This document shows, piece after piece, positions 18,445 to 27,335 of a stretch of 64,000 nt of DNA; position 1 is the first letter of the stretch; each line of letters begins with the position of its first letter. The notes beneath the pieces are model-generated. The model was not told where the DNA came from. It searched no databases and saw nothing but the letters and a program-made list of their open reading frames with translations. The position numbers and the translations under genes are program-made. The stretch lies in assembly GCA_002495185.1 (NCBI GenBank), contig DAEB01000040.1, forward strand, positions 29,184-93,183, read 5' to 3'. This DNA comes from Thermoplasmata archaeon UBA184 (GTDB lineage: Archaea; Thermoplasmatota; Thermoplasmata; Lutacidiplasmatales; UBA184).

Positions 18445-19485
18445 CTAGTCCACGCGGATCTGCTTTCGATAGGCCGCGCGACCGATGGAGGGAGCGACGA
18501 GGCAGAGAATCCCGGCGAGAATCGTCGGGAGGCTCTCCCGGACCGGGTACGTGTCCCGGTAGCGGAGGAGTCCGCGAAGCGGTGCCGCGAAGTCTCGCCG
18601 TCTCGAAGCAGGGTCTCGGCAGGCTTCAATCAACTGTACGAGAAGCAGCCGTGCGTCCATGAGGCGGAGGACCTGCGCGTTCCCCGAGCTCGCCACGAAC
18701 TCGCGGATGACGCGGTAATCCCTCTCCGCGAGCTGCGCGAACTCCAGCATCTTCTTCGACCTCGCCTCGGCCAGGCCGGAACCGGCGAGGGACGTGTTGT
18801 CTTCGTGGATCCGGTAGCGCGTCAGGAGCGCGTCGTCCAGGAGGACCGAGTACTCGGATACCAGAGCGGAGAAGAAGAACAGGGTATCGACCGTCGCGAT
18901 GAGACGCTTCAGGTAGGGGAGCGAACGCTCGACGAGTTCGCGACGGACCGCGCTCGAGCTGACGTTGAAGTCCGGGTGGCGAAAGGCGAGCTGGCGCAAG
19001 GATTCCGCGGTCTTCGAGGATGCGAGGAACAGGGTGCCTTTGGAGCGGGAGGGCCCCGACCCGAAACGAGGCACCGAGCGAAGGTCGAGGAACTCCCCCT
19101 TCGGGCCGATGAAGCTCGCCCGGTTCCCGTAGAATCCGAGGTCGCCCCGAGAATCGAAGTACGCCGCGATCGTTCGGAGGCGCGAGGGCTCGAAGAGGTC
19201 GTCGTCGTCCAGCACGAGGAGGATTCGGCCTCGACTTCGAGCCACCCCGGCGGCGACCTTGAGCGCCCCCGGCTGTTCGGTGCAAATGATCGACGTGGCG
19301 CCCACCTCCCGGAAGTACGATTCGAGGGCCGCGTCCTCGTAATTCTTGACGACCACGACCTCGAACTTCGACCGGTCCAGGTCCTGGCGAACGACGCTCT
19401 CCACCGCACCTCGGAGATACTGGACCCGGTTGTGAGCGAGCACGATCACCGAGATCTGGGGGTCGCCGTTCGTTGGCCCGGTCAA
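18445..19485 (-). CDS. GT2-family glycosyltransferase (paralog 1 of 3)
   Basis: ISVIVLAHNRVQYLRGAVESVVRQ...FEVVVVKNYED...ILLVLDDDDLFEP is a GT-A fold with the DxD motif. ~45% identical over its length to ORF 22285..23325. Confidence 0.8.
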   Translation of the reverse strand: MTGPTNGDPQISVIVLAHNRVQYLRGAVESVVRQDLDRSKFEVVVVKNYEDAALESYFREVGATSIICTEQPGALKVAAGVARSRGRILLVLDDDDLFEPSRLRTIAAYFDSRGDLGFYGNRASFIGPKGEFLDLRSVPRFGSGPSRSKGTLFLASSKTAESLRQLAFRHPDFNVSSSAVRRELVERSLPYLKRLIATVDTLFFFSALVSEYSVLLDDALLTRYRIHEDNTSLAGSGLAEARSKKMLEFAQLAERDYRVIREFVASSGNAQVLRLMDARLLLVQLIEACRDPASRRRDFAAPLRGLLRYRDTYPVRESLPTILAGILCLVAPSIGRAAYRKQIRVD

Positions 19486-19791
19486 TGGTCGTCCCCCTCC
19501 AAAGGCTCCCGAGCAGGCCCGGGGTCCTGGTTCGGCCTCCCCTCACTATAACCGTCGCGGTCCCACACAAAACCACGGGGAACGGACAGCGGGCGGGCGA
19601 TCCGATGGATTCACGGCTCTCCACCAACGAGCGGCGGTGGACGAAGGCACCGACCGGACCGGCGCGGCGGAATCCCGTTCGGTACCCGCGGGGCGACCGA
19701 CCGTCTCCAAGAGGGTTCTTATAACCCCGGAACTCGCTGGCAGAACGGGCTGACTTCCGGTGGGTTCACAATCCGGTGGTGGTCGCCGGCT

Positions 19792-22260
19792 GTGGAGACA
19801 AAGAGTGGCACCGATCTCAACGGTGGGCTGCCCGAGCGGAGGAGGGTCGATGAGCCCTGGTCGCCGGCTCGAGCCACTCGACCCGAGCCACCAACGACCC
19901 CGGGACCCCGAGGGATGGTAGGGATGAATCCCCCGCCGGATTCGTCCCAGGAGACCGAGAAAGGTCGAGCGACCGACTCGGAGACAGGCGAGCGCGTCGC
20001 GGGCCTCCTTCCACGGCCCGAGGGTCTCCTGCTGCTCCTCGTCGTCACGGCCTTCTCCCTGCTGTACACGGGGCTCAGCTTCCTTCGATACACCGAATTC
20101 TACGCCGAGAACTGGGACCTCGGAATCAACATGCAGGCGGCGTGGACGAACGACCACGGCTACTTCGCCTTCAGTTCTGCTCTCTCCGAAGGCGTCCGGG
20201 CGCAATCGTTCTACTTCATCCACCCGGCCTACCTGATGTACCCCGTTTCTTGGGTCTACAACCTGGCGCCCTACGCGCTCACGCTGTTCGCGATCCAGGC
20301 GGTGGTCCTGGCCTCGTCGGCGATTCCCCTCTACCTCCTGGGTCGACAGGCGGCCGTGCCCCCGAAGATCGCGTTCGCGGGGATCGCGATCTACCTCGCC
20401 TCTCTCCCCATCCTCTCCGGATTCCTGTTCGACTACCACTGGGAGGCGTTCATTCCCGCGTCGTTCCTTTGGACCTTCTACCTGTGGGGGAAGGGCCGCT
20501 ACTGGTGGGCCGCGCTCCCGGCGACGCTCGGTCTCTTCACGATCGAGGTGTTCGCCGCACTCCTTCTCGCGATCGCCGCATACTTTGCCTGGCCCTACAT
20601 TCGCGCCCTCTTCACGCCTCCGAGGAAGCACTGGGACCAGGTCCGGAGGACCCTCGCCGGTCCGGCACGACCTCTCCTCGGCCTCGTCGCGCTGGCCATC
20701 GTAGGATTCCTCGGGCCCGTCTTCGTGGCGTGGTACTGGCTTCCCTCACTGACCGGCGCGACCCCGGTGTTCCCGCCGCCTCCCCCACACAACATCATCG
20801 GCATTCCGTACTGGGGCGTCTCCGCTTCGAACCTCGGACCTCGCCTGTTCTACTGGCTCATCCTTCTCTCGTCGTTCGGGTTCCTTCCCCTCCTTCACCG
20901 GCAGAGGCTGCTGATCCTGAGCATTCCGTGGGTCCTCTACTCGGTGGTGATGACCCCCAACCCCGCGTTCACTCTGATCCGGTATCACTACTCGTTGATC
21001 GCCGTGGCTCCGCTCGCGATCGGATTCTTGGAAGGATTGGGTGCGATGACCCGCTCATCCGACCGCGAGTCGGTCGCGGGGCTGCCGTTCTGGGGCTGGC
21101 TGGTCCTCCTCGTGCCCGTCTTCGTGGTCGGAGTGATCGCACCTCTCACGTTGATTCGACCGACGACCACGGACCTCTGGGTCGGCCTCGGGATCGCTCT
21201 CTGGGTGCTGGTCGGCTTCTTGGCGATGCGATTCGTCGCGCGCCGGAGGGCATCGACCCCCCCTCGAGACCCCCGCGGAACGGGGCCCGGCCCGGCGAGG
21301 CGTCGCACCGCTCTCCGGGTGACGCTCATCGTCTCCCTCGTCGTGCTGGTCTCGAGCAATATCGCGCTCTCCCCGCTGAATCCGGCGACGTTCCTCGGCC
21401 CGGGGGAGGCGAGCTACTCGTTCACCTACTCGCCGAGTCCGAGCTTCGACCAGATGCCCGGGCTCCTCTCCCACATTCCCTCCGGAGCTTCGGTCTTCGC
21501 ATCGGACAACCTCTTCCCGTTCGTCGCCAACAACCCGCGGGCGTACTCCACGTTCTGGTATCCGGGTCCGATCCCCTATCTTCCGTTCAACGCGTCGAAT
21601 CTGCCGGAGGTCGTCCTCCTGAGCTCGACGCAATGGTTCCTCCCAACGTTCCTGAACGGGGTGCTGTTCAACCAGAGCGTCTACGGGCTCGTCTACGTCA
21701 TCTATGGGAACCAATACCCCGGGTCGATCTTCCTCTACGAACTGGGGTATTCCGGTTCGAGCCACGTGGTCGAGGCAACACCATTTCCGGCGACGACCGT
21801 CCTCTGCGGCAATGATCTTGCGATCGGTCCGTCGGGCTCGGTCGCTCCGCTGTCGGGATCCCGATGCGGGAGCATCATCGAGAGCCGCCCGGCCACGAAC
21901 CTTTCGGGGAACAACGCCACGATCTGGTACGGGCCGTACTCGGACCTGCTCCCGGGCAACTACACCGTCAAGATCTCCCTTCGGGGGGAGTTGAGCGGCC
22001 CCGGGCCGGCCAACTCCGCCGTGCTGGTCATGAACGCCAACGCGGCGGGGGTGCCCTACTGGTACGACGTGGTGGTCTACGAGAATCAGATCTCCCCGAC
22101 GCAGTGGACCAACCTGACGTTCCATTTCTCGCTCGGCGCCCCCCGACCGCTCGCCGAGTGGCGAGGCTACCTCGCCGGTGCGACCGTCAGCGGGACGTTC
22201 GTCCCGGGAAGCTGCCAGCTGAACTACATCGAGGTCGACTACACGTCCGGACCGTACTGA
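19792..22260 (+). CDS. large polytopic membrane protein (822 aa), GT-C-like/DUF2079-like; paralog of 13373..15679
   Basis: FYAENWDLGINMQAAWTNDHG, LTLFAIQAVVLASSAIPLYLLGRQAA, DNLFPFVANNPRAY, SVYGLVYVIYGNQYPGSIFLYELGY and IWYGPYSDLLPGNY are all collinear with the paralog. The start is uncertain (an in-frame Met at 19915 is also possible). The antisense ORFs 19546..20631 and 21055..22125 were rejected. Confidence 0.7.
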   Translation: METKSGTDLNGGLPERRRVDEPWSPARATRPEPPTTPGPRGMVGMNPPPDSSQETEKGRATDSETGERVAGLLPRPEGLLLLLVVTAFSLLYTGLSFLRYTEFYAENWDLGINMQAAWTNDHGYFAFSSALSEGVRAQSFYFIHPAYLMYPVSWVYNLAPYALTLFAIQAVVLASSAIPLYLLGRQAAVPPKIAFAGIAIYLASLPILSGFLFDYHWEAFIPASFLWTFYLWGKGRYWWAALPATLGLFTIEVFAALLLAIAAYFAWPYIRALFTPPRKHWDQVRRTLAGPARPLLGLVALAIVGFLGPVFVAWYWLPSLTGATPVFPPPPPHNIIGIPYWGVSASNLGPRLFYWLILLSSFGFLPLLHRQRLLILSIPWVLYSVVMTPNPAFTLIRYHYSLIAVAPLAIGFLEGLGAMTRSSDRESVAGLPFWGWLVLLVPVFVVGVIAPLTLIRPTTTDLWVGLGIALWVLVGFLAMRFVARRRASTPPRDPRGTGPGPARRRTALRVTLIVSLVVLVSSNIALSPLNPATFLGPGEASYSFTYSPSPSFDQMPGLLSHIPSGASVFASDNLFPFVANNPRAYSTFWYPGPIPYLPFNASNLPEVVLLSSTQWFLPTFLNGVLFNQSVYGLVYVIYGNQYPGSIFLYELGYSGSSHVVEATPFPATTVLCGNDLAIGPSGSVAPLSGSRCGSIIESRPATNLSGNNATIWYGPYSDLLPGNYTVKISLRGELSGPGPANSAVLVMNANAAGVPYWYDVVVYENQISPTQWTNLTFHFSLGAPRPLAEWRGYLAGATVSGTFVPGSCQLNYIEVDYTSGPY

Positions 22261-22284
22261 GCGGCGACCCGCCTCCCACGGTGA

Positions 22285-23325
22285 CTAGCCCCTCTCCGAG
22301 CGTTCCACCTCCCGGGCGTACAGCCATCGACCGAACCCGGGGGCGACGGTGAAGAGCCAGAGAGCGCGTCGCAATCGCGTCTCGGACCGCACGAAGTATG
22401 TCCGCTTCTGGCGAGCGAGGTCTCGACGCAGACGGGCGAACTCCTCCCTCGGCGTGGTCGGTTCTCGAAGGGCCTGGTACGCTCGTTGCACGGCGAGAAC
22501 GCCGTCGGCCTCCTCCGTTGCGCTCCGGTCGCCCGTGGCGCGCACGGCCTCCGCCAGCCTCGCGTAGCTCGGAAGGAAGAGCTTCGAGAATCCGGCGCGG
22601 CCCGCCAGCGGGGAAACGCCGGTCCGGACGTCGAGCGAGATGTTGCGGGGGTGGATCCGATACTCGGTCAGAACCTCGGGCTCGATACACAGGTCGAGCG
22701 GTGACGTGAGCGCCGCAAAGAACACCAGCCCGTCGAGCAGGCGGTAGCCGGCCAGGTCCATCCCCCGGACGAACGGGGTGACGACCTCCTTGCGGACCGC
22801 CATACTGCTGCTGTTGAAATCGATGCCGAGATCCGGAAGCTGGCGGAGCTGCTCCACTCGGCCGGGGCCCGAGAGCACGATTCTTCCCGAGCGGACCGAG
22901 TTCCTTCGCTGGCGGGCGCGGAACTCGCTGTTCGGCAACTCGTTCCCGGCCGCATCGATGACCGCGTAGTTGTTCCGGCAGAACCCGATCCTCTCGCTCG
23001 ACCGAAAGAGCGTTGCGAGAGCGCGAAGCCGCTCGGGACGGTATCGATCGTCGTCGTCCAGAAACGTGAGGACCGTCCCTCGGCTTGCCTCGACCCCCGC
23101 GCGAATGGCCGGCCCGATATCGCCGGGGTCCACCGGAACCGACCGTCCGTTGAGGGCCTGGACGGCCCGCTCGAGCGGTTCGCTCTCATAATCGCGGACC
23201 ACGACGAGCTCGAACTCGGATGGGTCCAGGGTTTGCCGACGCACCGATTCGACCGCTTCGAGAACGTAGTCCGGATGGCGAGATGCCATCACGATGACGC
23301 TGATGTACGGGTCGGTCGGGGTCAT
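22285..23325 (-). CDS. GT2-family glycosyltransferase (paralog 2 of 3)
   Basis: ISVIVMASRHPDYVLEAVESVRRQ...FELVVVRDYES...TVLTFLDDDDRYRPERL. Collinear with 18445..19485 and 38750..39781. Confidence 0.8.
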   Translation of the reverse strand: MTPTDPYISVIVMASRHPDYVLEAVESVRRQTLDPSEFELVVVRDYESEPLERAVQALNGRSVPVDPGDIGPAIRAGVEASRGTVLTFLDDDDRYRPERLRALATLFRSSERIGFCRNNYAVIDAAGNELPNSEFRARQRRNSVRSGRIVLSGPGRVEQLRQLPDLGIDFNSSSMAVRKEVVTPFVRGMDLAGYRLLDGLVFFAALTSPLDLCIEPEVLTEYRIHPRNISLDVRTGVSPLAGRAGFSKLFLPSYARLAEAVRATGDRSATEEADGVLAVQRAYQALREPTTPREEFARLRRDLARQKRTYFVRSETRLRRALWLFTVAPGFGRWLYAREVERSERG

Positions 23326-23448
23326 TCGTCGAAATCCGCTATCCCCTCGACCGCTTGAGGCTGCTCGGGCATCGGACGGACCGCGGCGCGACTCCGGGAG
23401 TCTCCCCCGCCTCCGGTGCGAGACCTCGATCGATGCGATGGGGAGAGG

Positions 23449-24522
23449 CTACAGCCGGAGCCGGCACGCGTCGCCGACCAGAAGCTCGATCTCCTCCGGC
23501 ACCGGTGCGACCGCCCGGAGGTCGACGTACCGGCCGATCAGGGAGTCTCGCAACCGGACGGGTCCCGAGATTCGAGCTCCTTCGAGGACGATGCTTCGAC
23601 GGATCGCGCACCCGTTCAACTGGACCCCGTCTCCGATCGACGTTCGGGGGCCGATCTCGGTCCGGCTGCCGACCCGAACGTCACGCCCGATCACCACCGG
23701 CCCGTGAACCGATGCCCCCGATTCGATCACCGAATCCTCTCCGAGCGCGACCGGGCCCTTCAACGTGGCCCCCGACTCCACGGTTCCGAGGACTTCGAAC
23801 TCCGCCCCGGGGCGTGAATCGAGCACGAGGTCGTTCGCATGAAGGAGGTCTTCGGGCGCGCCCGTGTCCTTCCACCAACCGTGAACTCGCTGGACCACCA
23901 CGCGGTCGCCCCGCTCGACGAGCGCTCGGATCGCGTCGGTGATCTCGAGCTCTCCTCGTGCGGAGGGCGCGAGACGGGCGATCACGTCGTGGACCTTCGG
24001 GGAGAAGACGTACACCCCCACGAGGGCCTGGTTCCCCTTCGGGTTGCGGGGCTTCTCCTCGATCGACACGATCTTCTTTCCCGAGAATTCGACGATCCCG
24101 TACTGGTGGGGGTCGGCGACCGTCGTCACCCCGATCACGGCGTCCGCACGCTCGCTCTCGAAGAGCTGGAGGAACGACTCGAGGCCATGCTCGAGCAGGT
24201 TGTCGCCGAGGTACATCACGAACGGCTCTTCCGCGAGGAACGAGCGGGCACAGAGGACGGCGTGGGCCAACCCCTTCGGTTGACCCTGGTTGATGTACGT
24301 GACCTCGAGCCCGAACGCGGCACCGTCCCCCACTGCCTCTCGAATCCCTTCGTGGATCGGACCCAGCACGATCCCGACCTCGGAGACCCCGGCGCGCGCG
24401 AGCTGCCGGAGCCCGTAGAAGAGGATCGGCTGGTTCGCGATAGGGATCATGTGCTTGTTCCCGGTCGAGGTCAGCGGGCGAAGGCGCGTTCCGTGGCCGC
24501 CGGCGAGGAGAAGCCCTTTCAT
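23449..24522 (-). CDS. rmlA: glucose-1-phosphate thymidylyltransferase, long form with C-terminal left-handed beta-helix domain
   Basis: MKGLLLAGGHGTRLRPLTSTGNKHMIPIANQPILFYGLRQL is the G-x-G-T-R-L nucleotidyltransferase signature. Hexapeptide repeats lie in the C-terminal third. Start set at the internal Met (24522); the 484-aa ORF in the track has a spurious N-terminal extension. Confidence 0.85.
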   Translation of the reverse strand: MKGLLLAGGHGTRLRPLTSTGNKHMIPIANQPILFYGLRQLARAGVSEVGIVLGPIHEGIREAVGDGAAFGLEVTYINQGQPKGLAHAVLCARSFLAEEPFVMYLGDNLLEHGLESFLQLFESERADAVIGVTTVADPHQYGIVEFSGKKIVSIEEKPRNPKGNQALVGVYVFSPKVHDVIARLAPSARGELEITDAIRALVERGDRVVVQRVHGWWKDTGAPEDLLHANDLVLDSRPGAEFEVLGTVESGATLKGPVALGEDSVIESGASVHGPVVIGRDVRVGSRTEIGPRTSIGDGVQLNGCAIRRSIVLEGARISGPVRLRDSLIGRYVDLRAVAPVPEEIELLVGDACRLRL

Positions 24523-24742
24523 GGACCCATCTCCGGAGGCAAGACCCCTTCTAAGCGTTCGCCAAGACGGCCCGCGCCTGCTTGTCCCCCGGCCCCCGAC
24601 GGACCCGCGGTCCGCCTCGGTCGGAGCGTGGGAATCGTTTTTACGGCGAAGCGCGACATGGGGCCTCGTAGGCGGCTGTGAAGGAAGTTCCTGTCCCGGT
24701 CCGGGACCCCGATGACACCCCGATCTTCGCCCGAAGGGGTCG

Positions 24743-26071
24743 ATGTCCGAGAGCGTAGGAGCGGCGCCGGCATCGCAGCCGCCATCGGGACTCAAGCGCG
24801 TGCTCGTCTTCCCCGGGGGGACGGAGGTCGGTCTCGAGATCTGGCGCTCGCTCCGCTGGCACCGACAGGTCGAGCTGTATTCGGCGGGGGCACCGGTTTC
24901 CAACCACGCCCCCTACGTGTTCGCGCGGCACTTCGAGGTGCCGATGGTGACCGACCCCCGCTGGTTCCCGATCCTGAAGGAGATCGTGGAGCGGGAGCGG
25001 ATCGACTTCATTTTTCCGGGCCATGACGACATCGTCGAAGCGCTGGCCCAGCACCGAGATGACCTTCGCGCCCTCGTCGTGACGTCCCCCACCGAAACCT
25101 GCGAAACGTGCCGATACAAGTCGCGGACGTACGATGCGCTCTCGGGCGTCGTCCCGATCCCCCGCCGGTACTCCGCCGCCGCCGAGGTCGACGCGTTCCC
25201 CGTGTTCGCCCGGCCCGACCGCGGTCAGGGCTCCCAGGACGCGCATCTCGTCGCGGACGCGTCCGAGCTGGAGGCGCTGCTGCTTCGCGCCCCCGGCCGC
25301 TACATCGTCACGGAGTACCTTCCGGGCGAGGAGTTCACGGTCGATTGCCTCACGGACCGAGAGGGGAGGCTGATCTACTGCGCCGGGCGCCGTCGCATTC
25401 GCGTTCGCAACGGCATCTCGGTCGACACCGTGACGGTGGACAATCCGACGTTCCAGGAGTATGCGACGGCCATCAACCGTCGCCTTCGGCTTCGGGGGGG
25501 CTGGTTCTTCCAGGTGAAGTTCTCGAAGCAAGGGACCCTCACGCTCCTCGAGGTCGCGCCCCGCATCGCGGGGGCGATGGCCCTGGACCGGGTGCGCGGA
25601 GTGAACATCGCCCTGCTGAGCTTGTTCATCGTCCAAGGGATGGACGTGGAGGTGCTGCCGAACCCGATGCCGGTCGAGATGGACCGGGCGCTCACGAACC
25701 GGTATCGGTTCGACCTCCGATTCACTCGGGCGTACCTCGACCTGGACGACTCGCTGATCGTTCGGGGTCAAGTGAACACCGAGCTCGTCCAGTTCCTGTT
25801 CCAATGCGTGAATCGCGGGGTTCGCTTGACGCTCCTCACTCGCCACGCGGGAGACCCGCTCGAAACCCTCCGTCGATTCCGCCTCGCCGGCGTGTTCGAC
25901 GAGATACGAACCGTGCCGGCGGGAACGCCGAAGAGCTCCGCGATCGATCAGACCCGCGACGCGATCTTCATCGATGACAGCTTCGCCGAGCGGCGGGAGG
26001 TCGCGCGGGCCACGGGCCTGCCGACCTTCGACAGCAGCATGGTCGAGCTTCTTCTCGACGACCGGTCCTGA
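24743..26071 (+). CDS. ATP-grasp domain protein fused to a C-terminal HAD-like hydrolase domain
   Basis: Central YIVTEYLPGEEFTVDCLTDREGRLIYCAGRRR..GGWFFQVKF is an ATP-grasp fold. C-terminal ~140 aa (VRLTLLTRHAGDP...DAIFIDDSFAERREVA) looks like a HAD-type hhhhDD motif. The antisense ORF 24641..26080 was rejected. Confidence 0.6.
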   Translation: MSESVGAAPASQPPSGLKRVLVFPGGTEVGLEIWRSLRWHRQVELYSAGAPVSNHAPYVFARHFEVPMVTDPRWFPILKEIVERERIDFIFPGHDDIVEALAQHRDDLRALVVTSPTETCETCRYKSRTYDALSGVVPIPRRYSAAAEVDAFPVFARPDRGQGSQDAHLVADASELEALLLRAPGRYIVTEYLPGEEFTVDCLTDREGRLIYCAGRRRIRVRNGISVDTVTVDNPTFQEYATAINRRLRLRGGWFFQVKFSKQGTLTLLEVAPRIAGAMALDRVRGVNIALLSLFIVQGMDVEVLPNPMPVEMDRALTNRYRFDLRFTRAYLDLDDSLIVRGQVNTELVQFLFQCVNRGVRLTLLTRHAGDPLETLRRFRLAGVFDEIRTVPAGTPKSSAIDQTRDAIFIDDSFAERREVARATGLPTFDSSMVELLLDDRS

Positions 26072-26133
26072 ATCACCCACCGGGCCGGTGGCCCACGAAC
26101 GCCCTTATCTGCGGCAGGGACCTTTGAGCGAGG

Positions 26134-27255
26134 ATGGGCCACCGCAGGTCGAAGAAGCCGGTGCTACCGGTGACCCTCCCGAGCCTTCCGCCGTTCGAAG
26201 AGTACACCGAGCTCCTTCGGGAAGTCTGGGATACCCATTGGCTGACGAACCAGGGGCCGCTCGCCGACCGTCTGGAGGCGGGCCTCCGGCGGTACCTGCC
26301 GTCCCCGCACGTCGACGCGGTGACGAACGGCACGCTGGCCCTTCAACTGAGCTACCGAGCGGTCTTTCCCCGCAAGGGAGTGGTGATCACCACCCCCTTC
26401 ACGTTCGCGGCGACGACGACATCTCTCGTCTGGGAGGGCTACACGCCACGGTTCGTCGACATCGACCCGGTCACTTTCAACCTGGACCCGGCTCTCGTCG
26501 ACGCCGCCCTCCGCGACGATGTGGTGGGGATCGTCGCGGTCCATGTCTTTGGGAACCCGGCGGGCGGCCCCGCGCTGTCGCGGCTCGCGGCCTCACGGAA
26601 CGTGAAGCTGGTGTTCGATGCGGCTCACGCCTTCGGGGTCCGGACCCGCCCCGTCCCCCTCTGGTCGCTGGGGAACGCCTCGACGTTGAGCTTCCACGCC
26701 ACGAAGAGCTTCCACTCCTTTGAGGGCGGCGCGGTCGTCACCTCCGAGGCGAACGTCTCGCGCCGGGTGCGCCGTCTTCGGAACTTTGGGCTCCGGGGCC
26801 CGGAAGAGGTCGTGGAGGCGGGCATCAACGCGAAGTTGAACGAAGCTCAGGCCGCGATGGGCCTTCTCAACCTCCGATACATCGATGGCTGGATCCGCCT
26901 CCGCAAGGAACGCTACGACCGGTACCGCTCCGAACTCGAGGGGACGGGCGGGGTCCAGTTCCAGGAGCTGGCAAAGTGCCGCTACAACTACACGTACATG
27001 CCGATCCTTCTGCCGACGAAGAGGCTTCGGGACCGCGTCGCCCGCGATCTGGAACGCTCCGGAGTCCGCCCGCGCAAGTACTTCTTTCCCCCGACGCACG
27101 TCGCGCCGTATCTCCGTGGGTCGAGGAGAGCGTCCTGCCCGGTCGCGGAGAGCGTCTCCTCCCGTGTCCTCTGCCTGCCGCTCCACCCTGCCCTTGGGGT
27201 TTCGGACGTCCGCCGCATCTCGGCGATCGTGCGGACGGTCGTTCAGGGTCGATAG
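26134..27255 (+). CDS. DegT/DnrJ/EryC1/StrS-family PLP-dependent sugar aminotransferase
   Basis: LSFHATKSFHSFEGGAVV (PLP-lysine region) and the N-terminal LP..LPPFEEY...W...WLTNQGPL are typical of nucleotide-sugar aminotransferases. Confidence 0.85.
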   Translation: MGHRRSKKPVLPVTLPSLPPFEEYTELLREVWDTHWLTNQGPLADRLEAGLRRYLPSPHVDAVTNGTLALQLSYRAVFPRKGVVITTPFTFAATTTSLVWEGYTPRFVDIDPVTFNLDPALVDAALRDDVVGIVAVHVFGNPAGGPALSRLAASRNVKLVFDAAHAFGVRTRPVPLWSLGNASTLSFHATKSFHSFEGGAVVTSEANVSRRVRRLRNFGLRGPEEVVEAGINAKLNEAQAAMGLLNLRYIDGWIRLRKERYDRYRSELEGTGGVQFQELAKCRYNYTYMPILLPTKRLRDRVARDLERSGVRPRKYFFPPTHVAPYLRGSRRASCPVAESVSSRVLCLPLHPALGVSDVRRISAIVRTVVQGR

Positions 27256-27335
27256 CCCTCGGAGCTCCCGTGCGGACGCGGGCGGCTCGAGACTTTACTA
27301 ACACCGGTGTCTGTGGCCCGGTCAGGTAGGCAACG

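Noticed and set aside
17163-18629. 488-aa minus-strand ORF antisense to the GT4 gene 17211..18428
   Set aside because: Low-complexity translation. The + strand has a GT4 C-terminal domain motif.
18626-19627. 333-aa minus-strand ORF in an alternative frame over the GT2 gene; also 18805..19551 +
   Set aside because: The GT2 frame (18445..19485) shows a GT-A DxD motif and paralog conservation. The alternatives are Arg/Gly/Pro rich.
24641-26080. 479-aa minus-strand ORF antisense to the ATP-grasp gene
   Set aside because: Charged, repetitive translation. The + strand encodes a recognisable ATP-grasp fold.
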